DNA of 64,000 nucleotides from an uncultured Flavobacteriaceae bacterium (GTDB lineage: Bacteria > Bacteroidota > Bacteroidia > NS11-12g > UBA955), in contig CAZVJY010000010.1 of assembly GCA_964626685.1 (NCBI GenBank), forward strand, positions 1,499 through 65,498, read 5' to 3'. A model generated the notes under the pieces. The model saw only the letters and a list, made by a program, of their open reading frames with translations. It was not told the origin of the DNA and made no database searches. This document shows, one piece after another, positions 20,197 to 29,521 of this stretch. Position 1 is the stretch's first letter; the number at the start of each line of letters is the position of its first letter. The translations under genes were made by a program, and so were the position numbers.

Positions 20197-22313
20197 AATG
20201 GCTCCAGTTTCAGGTGAATTTGTGTAACTTTTGAAAGGGCTGTGCCCGCAGGTATGCTTTGGTTCACGATTCGGCCATAGCCTTCGCTGCTAACCGATAT
20301 TTTATGCTGTTCCAGCCATACAATGGCATCGCGGAGTCCCATATCCTTGAATTCCGGCAACAGTCCCTGCTTTACTTGAGCAGGTTTCAGAACCACGGCA
20401 AAATCTTTTTTGCTGCCCGATACCCATTCGCTTTGTGCGCCGCTGTCCAGCATTGAGCTGATGTTAAGAAGATTCAATACCTGCTTTGTCTTGGTAGTAT
20501 TGCCTTTCAGGATTTCAGGGATTTGCGGATCTCCGGTTTTTCCAGCCACCGGTTGAAGTTTTAAAGAGCTGCTGTAGATTTTGTCTGCTATGTCTTTGAA
20601 TACTGGTCCGGCCACCAAGGCTCCGTATATGATGCCTTTCTTGGGTTCATTTATAACCACAATAATGCTGTATTGCGGGTTGGATGCCGGAAAATAGCCC
20701 GCAAACGAAGCTTTGTAGCTACCTTCCTCATACTTTTTACCCTTGGCAATTTTGGCGGTTCCTGTTTTGCCAGCCACCTGGTAGTTTTCATTTTTCAGGT
20801 TTGTTGCTGTTCCGTGATCCACAACACCTTCCATCATGCTTTTCAGAGCGGATAGGGTTTTGTCGCTGCAGATTTTTTCGTTGAGTATTTCCGGTGCAAT
20901 GTTTTTTATGAGCTTTCCTTCATGGCGAATTTCGCTTACCATATAGGGTCTCATCATCTTGCCATTGTTGGCCACCGCGTTATAAAGCATGAGCATTTGC
21001 AACGGGGATATTTTGGTTTCATATCCAATACTCATCCATGGTAAGGTAGTGTTATACCATTCTTTGGATTTTTTGGTTTTTATGAGCGGATTATTGGGCG
21101 TTTGTATATCAAATTCGGGTTTGAAATTCAAACCCAGCCTCAGGGCATGGTTGACAAACTTTTCTGGTTGTTTGCCGTAGTGTTTTAGCACCAGTTTGCT
21201 TATGCCTACGTTACTGGATTTTTCGAAGCTTTCCTGCAGGGTGAGTATGTTTTTGTTGGGTTTGGTTGCGTCCACCATGGTTTCGCCAAACATTTTTACT
21301 TCTCCGCCATTTACATTCACACTGTCTGAAGGTTTGGCGTATCCGTCTTCGAGCAGTGCCATGGTCGAAACCAGCTTAAATGTTGAGCCAGGTTCTTCAA
21401 ATTCATTTACGGCGTAATTCAATACCTCTGCGTATTCCCCTTTTTCATTGCGTTTTAGGTTTGCCATGGCCTTAATGGCTCCGGTTTTTACTTCCATCAC
21501 CACTGCGCAGCCATGGTCGGCTTCGTTGTTTGCCAGTACTCGCTGCAAGGCGTTCTGGGCTACATCCTGAAGGTTTACGTCCAGGGTGGTTACAATGTCG
21601 TAGCCATTCACAGGGTCCTTTACATTGCCGGTTTGCATGGTGCGCCATATGTTTCCGGGCATACGCTGTTCCATTCGCTGCCCATCGGTGCCTCGGAGCA
21701 GGCTGTCAAATGCGCCTTCCAGGCCAACGTAAACACCTTGTTTGCTGTATCCGATGGTTCTTTTCGCCAGGTCACCCATGAAATAGAGGCGTTTGCCTTG
21801 CTCATCAAACCAGAAGCCGCCTTTGAATTTCCCTTTTCGGATTAGGGGCCAGGTTTTCATCTTTTTTACAACGTCATAGCCCTGGTCTTTAACCACCATT
21901 GCATATCTGGATTTGCGGTTGCGCAGGCCGGAGAAATAGCCCTTCCATTCTGCGGCATTTCTCTCCTTGAATTCTGTGGCCATCAGCAAGCTAAGGCTAT
22001 CAATGTACTTGCGGAATGTGTCTTTTGTCAGTCCGTCGGCCATAGCGTCAAAAACCATATTGTACCGAGGTACGGATGTTGCAAGCAGACTGCCGTCAGC
22101 AGCATAGATATTGCCTCTTATAGCCTTAACATCAATGGTGCGCGTGTTTTTTTGCTGCATTTCTTTACTGAAATCCTCATCGGCTCCCAGCTGAAGTTTA
22201 GCGGCGGTGAATAAAACGGAAAAACCAAATACCAGCACAATCCCGAATACGAGATAAGCCCTGAGCAGAATGGCCCTGCGGGTATTTACCTTAGCGTTTT
22301 CCTGGTTTGACAT
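20193..22313 (-). CDS. ftsI: Penicillin-binding protein (class B transpeptidase, FtsI/PBP3-like)
   Basis: Transmembrane anchor and transpeptidase motifs (STFK, SSN-like, KTGT). The ORF-track start at 22322 is TTG; the ATG at 22313 is preferred. Confidence 0.85.
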   Translation of the reverse strand: MSNQENAKVNTRRAILLRAYLVFGIVLVFGFSVLFTAAKLQLGADEDFSKEMQQKNTRTIDVKAIRGNIYAADGSLLATSVPRYNMVFDAMADGLTKDTFRKYIDSLSLLMATEFKERNAAEWKGYFSGLRNRKSRYAMVVKDQGYDVVKKMKTWPLIRKGKFKGGFWFDEQGKRLYFMGDLAKRTIGYSKQGVYVGLEGAFDSLLRGTDGQRMEQRMPGNIWRTMQTGNVKDPVNGYDIVTTLDVNLQDVAQNALQRVLANNEADHGCAVVMEVKTGAIKAMANLKRNEKGEYAEVLNYAVNEFEEPGSTFKLVSTMALLEDGYAKPSDSVNVNGGEVKMFGETMVDATKPNKNILTLQESFEKSSNVGISKLVLKHYGKQPEKFVNHALRLGLNFKPEFDIQTPNNPLIKTKKSKEWYNTTLPWMSIGYETKISPLQMLMLYNAVANNGKMMRPYMVSEIRHEGKLIKNIAPEILNEKICSDKTLSALKSMMEGVVDHGTATNLKNENYQVAGKTGTAKIAKGKKYEEGSYKASFAGYFPASNPQYSIIVVINEPKKGIIYGALVAGPVFKDIADKIYSSSLKLQPVAGKTGDPQIPEILKGNTTKTKQVLNLLNISSMLDSGAQSEWVSGSKKDFAVVLKPAQVKQGLLPEFKDMGLRDAIVWLEQHKISVSSEGYGRIVNQSIPAGTALSKVTQIHLKLEPF

Positions 22314-22650
22314 GGTTTTCAATCTTTACGGGCGGAACACTTAGTTCTTTCAGGCCGCTGGGTTCAAGTTTCTTCGCCAGTTCGCTTTGTTTGCTGGCAT
22401 TGGTTATCTGGCTTTCCAGGCTGATTTTTTCGCTGTGCAGTTCTTTGAGGTCCTTAATCAGTTTGTCTTTGGTTCTCAGGGCTTTGTTGGCGTGGTGCTG
22501 GTTATAGATGTAAAACAGCATGAGGGCAAATGCCACAAGGCCAAATTTCACCCATGACCAGATACCTGCAGATTCCTGCTGTTCAGGTGTTTCCGCCTGA
22601 GGCTGGGTGCTTTCTTCTGCCGGCTCCAATGGGCCCATTTCTGTATTCAT
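22291..22650 (-). CDS. ftsL: FtsL-like small bitopic cell-division protein
   Basis: Single transmembrane segment followed by a coiled-coil. It sits in the canonical position between rsmH and ftsI. Confidence 0.55.
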   Translation of the reverse strand: MNTEMGPLEPAEESTQPQAETPEQQESAGIWSWVKFGLVAFALMLFYIYNQHHANKALRTKDKLIKDLKELHSEKISLESQITNASKQSELAKKLEPSGLKELSVPPVKIENHVKPGKR

Positions 22651-23549
22651 CGTTTAACTCCTATTCTCATTTTTGCACTGCGGGCGCGGTTGTTTGATGC
22701 TATTTCAAGGTCGTCCGGCACAATGGCTTTGTTGGGTTCCGGATCAAACGGGCGTTCTACGTTGCCGTACAGATCGGTGTGTCTTGTTCCTTCCAGGTTG
22801 CCTGTTTGAAGAAAGTTTTTAACCATGCGGTCTTCCAGGCTGTGATAGCTGATAATAACCAGGTGACCACCTTTACCAATACACTCAGCAGAAGCCTTTA
22901 GCAATGCTTCTAGTGCTTGCATTTCACCATTCACTTCTATTCTCAGTGCCTGGTATACCTGGCTCAGGTATTTGGCCGGGGTGTTTTTGGGGGTGCAGGG
23001 AGCAATAATTTGTTTTAGCTGCGAAGTAGTAGCAATGGTTTGTCCGGTGCGTCCCTGGCATATAACGGCAGCCAGTCGGCCTGCGTTGGGGATTTCCCCC
23101 CACATTTTAAAAATATGCTTGAGCTTGGCTTCCGGGTATGTATTTACGATATCGGCGGCGGAAAGGGAAGCTTTTTTGTCCATGCGCATGTCAAGCGGGC
23201 CTTCGAGCCTGTGTGCAAACCCTCTTTCTCCCACGTTAATTTGGTGTGAGGAAATGCCTAAATCGGCCAGGATGCCGGAAATAGGCATCATTTTGCCGTA
23301 GCGCATGAATTGTTTTAAAAACCGGAAATTGTGGTTTACCAGTGTAAATCGCTTGTCGTCAGGGGCGTTGGACAGGGCTTCATCATCGCGGTCAAAGGCA
23401 ATGAGTTTGCCTTTGGCTGATAGCTTTTTCAAAATGGCACGTGAGTGCCCGCCACCGCCAAATGTGGCATCTGCATAAGTCCCGTTGGGATTATGCACCA
23501 GTGCGTCAACACTGGGGTTCAGCAGTACGGGTACGTGATATTCTTGCAT
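22647..23549 (-). CDS. rsmH: 16S rRNA (cytosine1402-N4)-methyltransferase
   Basis: MraW family with N-terminal 'YHVPVLL'. The ATGA overlaps ftsL. Confidence 0.9.
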   Translation of the reverse strand: MQEYHVPVLLNPSVDALVHNPNGTYADATFGGGGHSRAILKKLSAKGKLIAFDRDDEALSNAPDDKRFTLVNHNFRFLKQFMRYGKMMPISGILADLGISSHQINVGERGFAHRLEGPLDMRMDKKASLSAADIVNTYPEAKLKHIFKMWGEIPNAGRLAAVICQGRTGQTIATTSQLKQIIAPCTPKNTPAKYLSQVYQALRIEVNGEMQALEALLKASAECIGKGGHLVIISYHSLEDRMVKNFLQTGNLEGTRHTDLYGNVERPFDPEPNKAIVPDDLEIASNNRARSAKMRIGVKR

Positions 23550-23576
23550 GGTGCAGCCGGTTTCATTCCAAACATT

Positions 23577-24044
23577 TTATGGCTCCTTTCTGCTTCCCGA
23601 TTGCTGGTGAAAGATTTGGGCCAGCTTGCTGAGTTCGTCAGAATCCACCGAAAGCTCGGTTTCATAATTCGAACGGCTCCAGATTTCCACTTTGTTTCCG
23701 TAGGCGCTCAGCACTACCTCGTCGGTAAGCTCTGCGTACTCACACAGTTTTTTGGGAATCAGGACCCGCTGGGCAGTGTCAATCTGAACCAGGTTTGCAC
23801 CGTTGGTGAAAATGCGTTTAAAACGGCGAATTTCAGGGCTCAGGAAGTCATCTACCGCGGTCAGTTTGCCGGTTTCTTGCAACCAGTCTTCTCGGGTGTA
23901 CAGAACGAGACATTTTTCAAATCCCCGGTTGACCACAAGCGTGTTTCCCGCGCTTTCGGGAAACTGCGCACGAAGCCTTGATGGTAAAGACAATCTGCCT
24001 TTATCATCCAGCTTACATACATACTCGCCAATCAATCCGGACAT
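23577..24044 (-). CDS. mraZ: Transcriptional regulator MraZ
   Basis: Duplicated MraZ fold with 'DDKGRLSLP' and a second 'DTAQRVLIP' half. Confidence 0.9.
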   Translation of the reverse strand: MSGLIGEYVCKLDDKGRLSLPSRLRAQFPESAGNTLVVNRGFEKCLVLYTREDWLQETGKLTAVDDFLSPEIRRFKRIFTNGANLVQIDTAQRVLIPKKLCEYAELTDEVVLSAYGNKVEIWSRSNYETELSVDSDELSKLAQIFHQQSGSRKEP

Positions 24045-24082
24045 AGGTTTGGAATTCCGTCTGCTAAATAAAAACTAAAAAT

Positions 24083-24106
24083 CCCACTTTTTCCCACTTT
24101 TTACCC
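24083..24106 (-). promoter_or_regulatory. Putative MraZ operator: three direct repeats, (A)AAGTGGG x2 plus GGGT, on a 10-bp period, 39-62 bp upstream of mraZ
   Basis: The plus strand reads cccac-ttttt-cccac-ttttt-accc. The coding strand reads GGGT-AAAAA-GTGGG-AAAAA-GTGGG. This matches the known E. coli MraZ operator (GTGGG repeats with a 5-nt spacer) and the Mycoplasma AAAGTGG box. Confidence 0.5.
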
Positions 24107-24191
24107 TTTTTAAGCACCATTTATCCACACAACGGCATTTAATCGGGTTTTATTGTGGGTTATCTTCACAATGAGATGATTAATTATTCAG

Positions 24192-24222
24192 CAAAAGTAC
24201 TTAAAAAGCCCGTAAATACAAA
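24192..24222 (-). promoter_or_regulatory. Candidate Bacteroidota-type sigma-A promoter for the mraZ/dcw operon
   Basis: On the minus strand a -33 TTTG (plus 24219-24222) is followed by a 19-nt spacer and then TActTTTG (plus 24192-24199). This matches the -33 TTTG / -7 TAnnTTTG consensus. Confidence 0.35.
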
Positions 24223-24234
24223 GAATTAGATAAA

Positions 24235-24249
24235 GTGGGTGAAAGTGGG
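24235..24249 (+). promoter_or_regulatory. Second GTGGG-N5-GTGGG repeat pair in opposite orientation, just upstream of the predicted mraZ -33 element
   Basis: The plus strand reads aaaGTGGGtgaaaGTGGGg. Confidence 0.35.
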
Positions 24250-24337
24250 GCTTAAAATTCGGATTTTAATCCGTTTTTGATCATATCTGGTAAAAAAGGG
24301 GAAATCGGCCCCATGCTTTTTGATTACCTTTGTATAT

Positions 24338-25060
24338 ATGAGAATCGGAATGGCAGTTTTTTTACTGTTGCTGATGCCTTCGTTGGGGGCACAAACCGAT
24401 TCGCACTATTCGCTGGGAATGGGTGTTTCCCGATACGGCGTGGCCCTATCATTCAGAAACGATAAAGCAACGCAAACTTTTAAATCGGCTAAACTCACGC
24501 CCAGTGGTTTTTATCTGGAAGCAGGAAATATTCAGCATCCCCGCGAGGTCGCTGTTGTAAATACGTTTTTTCAAAACTCGGGCAGCTACAAGGTAGACAA
24601 AACCAATTATGTCTGGACCCTTCGCCCCGGAGTCCTTTATACTTACTGTCTCAGTGAACGGGTGGACAGAAGGGCGGTTGGACTGAATGTTACATCCGGT
24701 CCCGGAATTTCCCTTGCTTACACATGGCCGGTTTATGTTACCATTCTTCAGGTAGATCCTTTTGGAAATGAGTATTTTACAAACGTGCGCTACAATCCCG
24801 ACGTTCATAAAACCACCGAAATAGCAGGCAGGGCTGGATTTTCAGAAGGTTTTCCCGAGGGGCACATTACGCCGGGTGTTTCCTGGCAGGGAGGGCTGGA
24901 TTTTCAATGGGCCAACTACAGAAATGACGTGAATACGCTTACCCTGGGAGTTCGTGTGGAAGCTTTTCCCCGAAAACTGACCATTTTACACAACAATCAA
25001 CTCAACAGAAACTTGTTTTCCTCATTTTATATTAGTTTTGCATTCGGATTGGGAAGTTGA
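24338..25060 (+). CDS. Hypothetical secreted / outer-membrane protein (predicted signal peptide)
   Basis: N-terminal [19 protein letters not shown] has the form of a signal peptide. The protein shows alternating amphipathic beta-strand character. Its stop overlaps the lipA start. The track start is 24320; ATG alternatives are 24338 and 24350. Confidence 0.45.
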   Translation: MRIGMAVFLLLLMPSLGAQTDSHYSLGMGVSRYGVALSFRNDKATQTFKSAKLTPSGFYLEAGNIQHPREVAVVNTFFQNSGSYKVDKTNYVWTLRPGVLYTYCLSERVDRRAVGLNVTSGPGISLAYTWPVYVTILQVDPFGNEYFTNVRYNPDVHKTTEIAGRAGFSEGFPEGHITPGVSWQGGLDFQWANYRNDVNTLTLGVRVEAFPRKLTILHNNQLNRNLFSSFYISFAFGLGS

Positions 25061-25956
25061 GTCACCCACCCGGAAAAACCTTGCTGGAACTACCTGTCAT
25101 ATCTTCCGAAAAACGCAAACCATCAAAGCCATCGTGGTTGAAGATTGATTTGCCAACCGGCGAGAATTACACGCGTGTTAAACGCATCGTGAAAGAACAT
25201 AAGCTGCACACCATTTGTGAAGACGGGCGTTGTCCGAATATGGGCGAATGCTGGGGTGCAGGTACCGCCACATTTATGATTCTGGGAAACATCTGCACAC
25301 GCAGTTGTTCCTTCTGCGCCGTTGCTACGGGGCGCCCCACCGAATACGACATCGATGAGCCTTATCGTGTTGCAGAAGCGGTAAAGTTGATGGGAGTGAA
25401 GCATTGCGTCATCACCTCAGTAAACCGCGATGAACTTAAAGATAAAGGTGCCAGTGTGTGGGCGGCAACCATTCGGGAAGTGAAGCGTCAAAATCCGGAA
25501 ACAACCATTGAGACCTTGATTCCCGATTTTAAGGCACAATGGGATTTGCTTTATATGGTTCTGGATGAAAGGCCGGATGTTGTAAGTCACAACATGGAGA
25601 CCGTTGAAAGGCTTTACCGTATCGTCAGGCCTCAAGCCAAATACAGCCGCAGCCTTGAGCAGATTAAACGCACTGCGGAATACGGATTAAGAACCAAAAG
25701 CGGAGCGATGATGGGGTGCGGTGAAACACGCGAGGAAGTAGACCGTCTGATGGATGATTTGTACAACCATCAGTGCCACGTGCTAACGTTGGGTCAATAC
25801 CTTCAGCCTACCAAAATGCACTTGCCCGTTGCTGAATTTATCCATCCTGATCAGTTTAAGGCATGGGAAGAGGCGGGTCTCAAAAAAGGATTTCTGCATG
25901 TGGAAAGCGGTCCAATGGTGCGCAGCTCATACCACGCCGAAAAGCACGTACTTTAA
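25057..25956 (+). CDS. lipA: Lipoyl synthase
   Basis: Motifs 'CPNMGECWG' and radical-SAM 'CTRSCSFC'. The ORF starts with TTG at 25057; the exact start is uncertain. Confidence 0.9.
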   Translation: MSHPPGKTLLELPVISSEKRKPSKPSWLKIDLPTGENYTRVKRIVKEHKLHTICEDGRCPNMGECWGAGTATFMILGNICTRSCSFCAVATGRPTEYDIDEPYRVAEAVKLMGVKHCVITSVNRDELKDKGASVWAATIREVKRQNPETTIETLIPDFKAQWDLLYMVLDERPDVVSHNMETVERLYRIVRPQAKYSRSLEQIKRTAEYGLRTKSGAMMGCGETREEVDRLMDDLYNHQCHVLTLGQYLQPTKMHLPVAEFIHPDQFKAWEEAGLKKGFLHVESGPMVRSSYHAEKHVL

Positions 25957-26098
25957 TCCAGGTTCTCCCTGTACGGAGAAAAATTGCTGCGTATGACCTG
26001 TCATGTTTTTGACATCATTGAAAAAATTGATGGGTTTGGTGGTTGTGTTTTCACAAAGTGGCTGTAAATTAGCGGACTATAAAGAACATTACCTTTTT

Positions 26099-28699
26099 AT
26101 GAAGTTAAAAAATGCCTTTCTGTTTTCTTCAGCTCTTGCGCTGATGGCAGGCACTGCCTGGTTTTCCGGGAATCCCTTTTCTGTAAAACCATCCTTTGAA
26201 AAATGGATGACTGAAAAGTCGGGAGAAGAAGAAGAAATTGGTCCTGCGCTTGAATATCTCAAAATGCTGCGTGCCAATCCCAAGACCGGAACCATCGAGC
26301 CTGAGTGGATTGAGGCAGCTGTTGCCCAGGCTGACCGCCTTAGCATGCTGCGTCGAGCTTCGCTGCAGTGGACCAACATGGGTCCTGATAATATAGGTGG
26401 TCGTTGCCGTGCCCTGCTCCTTCACAAAGATTCAGCCAATGTCTGGTTTTTGGGTGGTGTGAGTGGTGGTCTCTTTCGCAGCAACACATCAGGATCAAGC
26501 TGGGCTCCTGTTAATGATAAACAGGAAAATCTGAATGTTACCTGTATTGCGCAAACTGATGACGGTACCATTTACTATGGTACCGGTGAAGGTGGGTTTA
26601 CCAACCTGTCAGGAACGCGTAACGGTTCTCCTGCTTTTGTAGGAAACGGACTTTATAAAAGCACGAGTCCCTCTGGAAGAGCTTTCACCAGAATGGCCAA
26701 TACCGCTGACAGCAGATTTCTGTCATGCAATACCATGGCTTCTTATGGAAACAAGCTATATGTAGGAACCGAGAGCGGATTGTTTTTGCTCACCAACAAC
26801 GGTACCACCATCAGCCAGATTCGCGGTGGTGCTTGCCTTGAAGTGAAAATTGATAAAAACGGCGTTGTTTGGGCCAGTTACTCCAACGGTTCTGTATTTA
26901 AGAGCGATGCCAATGGTGCAAACTTTACCCAGATGAATTATGGCGGTCCCGCAGCACGTGTGGCTATTGCTATTTCTCCCGAAGATCCCAATTATGTATA
27001 TCTGCAGAATGCACAAACCCGTCTGAATGGCGTTTGGCGCACCACCGACGGCGGAGCTACCTGGAATCAAATTGTGTTCTATAGTACTGTAACCGATAAC
27101 ATGGGAACAGGCCAGGGATACTATGACAACGTGGCAGCGGTTGATCCCCTTAATAAAAACCGCGTTTACCTTGGTGGTGTAACACTGGCAGTTTGGGATA
27201 ATATCAACGGTTACACCGAAATAGCCTCTATGTTTACAGCTCCCTGGAATAATAGCTATGTGCACGCTGACAAGCACATCATTCAGTTTGATACCAGACA
27301 GAATCCACCACTCATGCTTGTAGGCTGTGATGGTGGTCTTTTTGGAAGCCGCGACCGTGCAACATGGACCCGCATGAACCGCAATTTCACTACCTACCAG
27401 TGTTATAATGTAGCTTCAAACAGCCTTGGTCACATTGTGGGTGGCTCTCAGGATAATGGAACCCAGTTAATCAATTTCTCAGGTAACAGTATCAATGGTG
27501 TTCCATCAAGATCGTCCATTGAGATTTTAGGTGGTGATGGTTTTGACGTGGAATTTTCAAAATACCACCCCAAGACCATATTTATGTGCACCTACTATGG
27601 CCGAATTGTTAGAACCGGAAACAGTGGGCAGTCGAGCTCCTCTTTCTGGGATAGCCGTATCAAGCCGGATGATGCAGTTGCAAATCCCCCTGATGTGGAT
27701 TTCAATACCCACTTTACCCTGTGGGAGCCAAATGATTCAACATCGCGCCTTTTCCTGGCACGAAATGCAGAGGTTTGGGCCGCGATCAATCCTACCAATT
27801 TTATTGAAGACGTAAAATGGTTCCGTGTTGCAGCCAATCTTGGCAACGACCGTATAATTGAGATGGATCACACGCCCGACGGAGCCCATTTGTTTATCGC
27901 CAAGTCAGGTAAACTTTTCAGACTTAGTGGTTTGGATTCGGCCAACTTTACTGTGGCTGCCAATCCCGGTGTCAATGATATTCCCAAGGCGCTTAGCATT
28001 AAAACCATCACGCCTCCGGGTGCTACTTCCCGTGCAATAACTTCCGTAAACGTAGATCAGGCCAATCCTAACCACGTGGTAGTTACCCTGGGTGGATACG
28101 GTGATGTTACTTATGTTATGGAAACCAAGAATGCACTGGATGCTACTCCTGCCTGGACAAACATTACAGGCGATCTTCCTAAAATGCCCGTTTACGACGC
28201 TGTAATTGACATAGACAACCCCAGCCGTATCATTATCGGTACAGACCTCGGTGTATTTATGACTGAAAACGGAGGAACCAATTGGGCAGAAGCCAATAAT
28301 GGTATGGCGCGCACACCCGTTTTCGAGATTCGTGGTTATGAGTGGAGACCCTGGGAGGGCATGAAACTCTACATTGGTACCCACGGACGTGGTTACTACC
28401 AGAGCATGAGCCTCACTACAGGAAACAAAAGAATTTCTGATACCTATACAGGTTTGAAAGCATGGCCAGTTCCTGCCGGTAACTTGCTGAATGTATCTTT
28501 CCGCTCAAACGGAAACGAGAAAGTAACAGTTGAAATTTTCGGTATGGATGGTAAGCGTTACCAGCAAAATCAGCTTGCTGTAACTGCCGGAAACAATACC
28601 ATTCAGCTGAATACCTCATCGCTCCCAATAGGCAATTACTTTGTTCGCATCAGCGGCAAAGAGGGCAGCAACAGTATCAAATTCAATGTAACCAAATAA
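26099..28699 (+). CDS. T9SS-secreted BNR-repeat (beta-propeller, Sortilin/GH74-like) protein
   Basis: Signal peptide MKLKNAFLFSSALALMAGTAWF. Multiple SxDxGxTW repeats (TTDGGATW, TENGGTNW). The C-terminal ~80 aa show the T9SS sorting-domain pattern (...YFVRISGKEGSNSIKFNVTK). Upstream in-frame ATGs exist at 26003 and 26030. Confidence 0.7.
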   Translation: MKLKNAFLFSSALALMAGTAWFSGNPFSVKPSFEKWMTEKSGEEEEIGPALEYLKMLRANPKTGTIEPEWIEAAVAQADRLSMLRRASLQWTNMGPDNIGGRCRALLLHKDSANVWFLGGVSGGLFRSNTSGSSWAPVNDKQENLNVTCIAQTDDGTIYYGTGEGGFTNLSGTRNGSPAFVGNGLYKSTSPSGRAFTRMANTADSRFLSCNTMASYGNKLYVGTESGLFLLTNNGTTISQIRGGACLEVKIDKNGVVWASYSNGSVFKSDANGANFTQMNYGGPAARVAIAISPEDPNYVYLQNAQTRLNGVWRTTDGGATWNQIVFYSTVTDNMGTGQGYYDNVAAVDPLNKNRVYLGGVTLAVWDNINGYTEIASMFTAPWNNSYVHADKHIIQFDTRQNPPLMLVGCDGGLFGSRDRATWTRMNRNFTTYQCYNVASNSLGHIVGGSQDNGTQLINFSGNSINGVPSRSSIEILGGDGFDVEFSKYHPKTIFMCTYYGRIVRTGNSGQSSSSFWDSRIKPDDAVANPPDVDFNTHFTLWEPNDSTSRLFLARNAEVWAAINPTNFIEDVKWFRVAANLGNDRIIEMDHTPDGAHLFIAKSGKLFRLSGLDSANFTVAANPGVNDIPKALSIKTITPPGATSRAITSVNVDQANPNHVVVTLGGYGDVTYVMETKNALDATPAWTNITGDLPKMPVYDAVIDIDNPSRIIIGTDLGVFMTENGGTNWAEANNGMARTPVFEIRGYEWRPWEGMKLYIGTHGRGYYQSMSLTTGNKRISDTYTGLKAWPVPAGNLLNVSFRSNGNEKVTVEIFGMDGKRYQQNQLAVTAGNNTIQLNTSSLPIGNYFVRISGKEGSNSIKFNVTK

Positions 28700-28724
28700 G
28701 AACGGGTTAATCGTTCTGAATTAA

Positions 28725-28755
28725 CTGCCGGTCATCATGATCGGCAGTTTTTTTT
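28725..28755 (+). terminator. Rho-independent terminator after the BNR cargo gene
   Basis: ctgccggtcat-catgatcggcag hairpin followed by a T8 run. The U-tract overlaps the dapF stop on the opposite strand. Confidence 0.5.
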
Positions 28756-29521
28756 ATAGTATTCCGCTAAATACACGGGCGACGGGGCCGTCCAGGTGTA
28801 TGTTGGTGTAGCCGGTTTCTGTTTTATCAAAAGAAACTGAAAGATGGCCACCGGGGGTTTGCACGGCAGTAGCGTTTTGAGATTTGTGCAGAATATGATG
28901 TGCAAGAACAGCTGCTGTAACGCCTGTTCCGCAGCTTAGGGTTTCATTTTCAACGCCCCGTTCGTAGGTGCGCATGCGCAGCCTGCTGCCATCAACCTGT
29001 ACCAGATTTACATTGATGCCTGCTGCTGCAAACTCACGGCCGTAGCGAATGGCGTGCGCAAAATGAATCAAGTCTGAATTTTCGGGAGGTTGTTGAATGA
29101 AGTGCACATAATGCGGTGAACCGGTATTAATGATGACTGTGTTTTCATCTCGTAACTCCCAGTGTGATACATCCATCATGTGCAGCACGACCCGGTCGCC
29201 TGCTACTGTTGCATGGTGTGGACCGTCTATGGCCAGAAAATGCAACTGACCTTCTTTTCCCAATCCGAGTGAATGTGCAAAATGGGCAATACAGCGTCCA
29301 CCGTTTCCGCACATGGAGCTGATTTTGCCATCGCTGTTGTAGTATACCATGCCGAAATCGTAATCATTTTCAGCTGTCAGATACATCAGGCCATCGGCGC
29401 CTATGCCATAGTGTCTGTGGCATAAATGAGCCACATCCATACCGGATGGTATGCCGTCTCTGGCATCTATAAGGATGAAATCATTGCCTGTTCCCTGGTA
29501 TTTGGTGAAATGGATGCTCAA
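28754..29521 (-). CDS. dapF: Diaminopimelate epimerase
   Basis: N-terminal 'FTKYQGTGNDFILID' and catalytic Cys motifs. The start is TTG, overlapping the upstream stop (TTGA). Confidence 0.9.
   Translation of the reverse strand: MSIHFTKYQGTGNDFILIDARDGIPSGMDVAHLCHRHYGIGADGLMYLTAENDYDFGMVYYNSDGKISSMCGNGGRCIAHFAHSLGLGKEGQLHFLAIDGPHHATVAGDRVVLHMMDVSHWELRDENTVIINTGSPHYVHFIQQPPENSDLIHFAHAIRYGREFAAAGINVNLVQVDGSRLRMRTYERGVENETLSCGTGVTAAVLAHHILHKSQNATAVQTPGGHLSVSFDKTETGYTNIHLDGPVARVFSGIL

Noticed and set aside
24121-24129. Perfect DnaA-box consensus TTATCCACA in the mraZ upstream region
   Set aside because: It is a single isolated 9-mer; about 0.5 such matches are expected by chance in 64 kb across both strands. 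There is no cluster of boxes, no AT-rich DNA-unwinding element and no dnaA or dnaN nearby, so it is not called as oriC.
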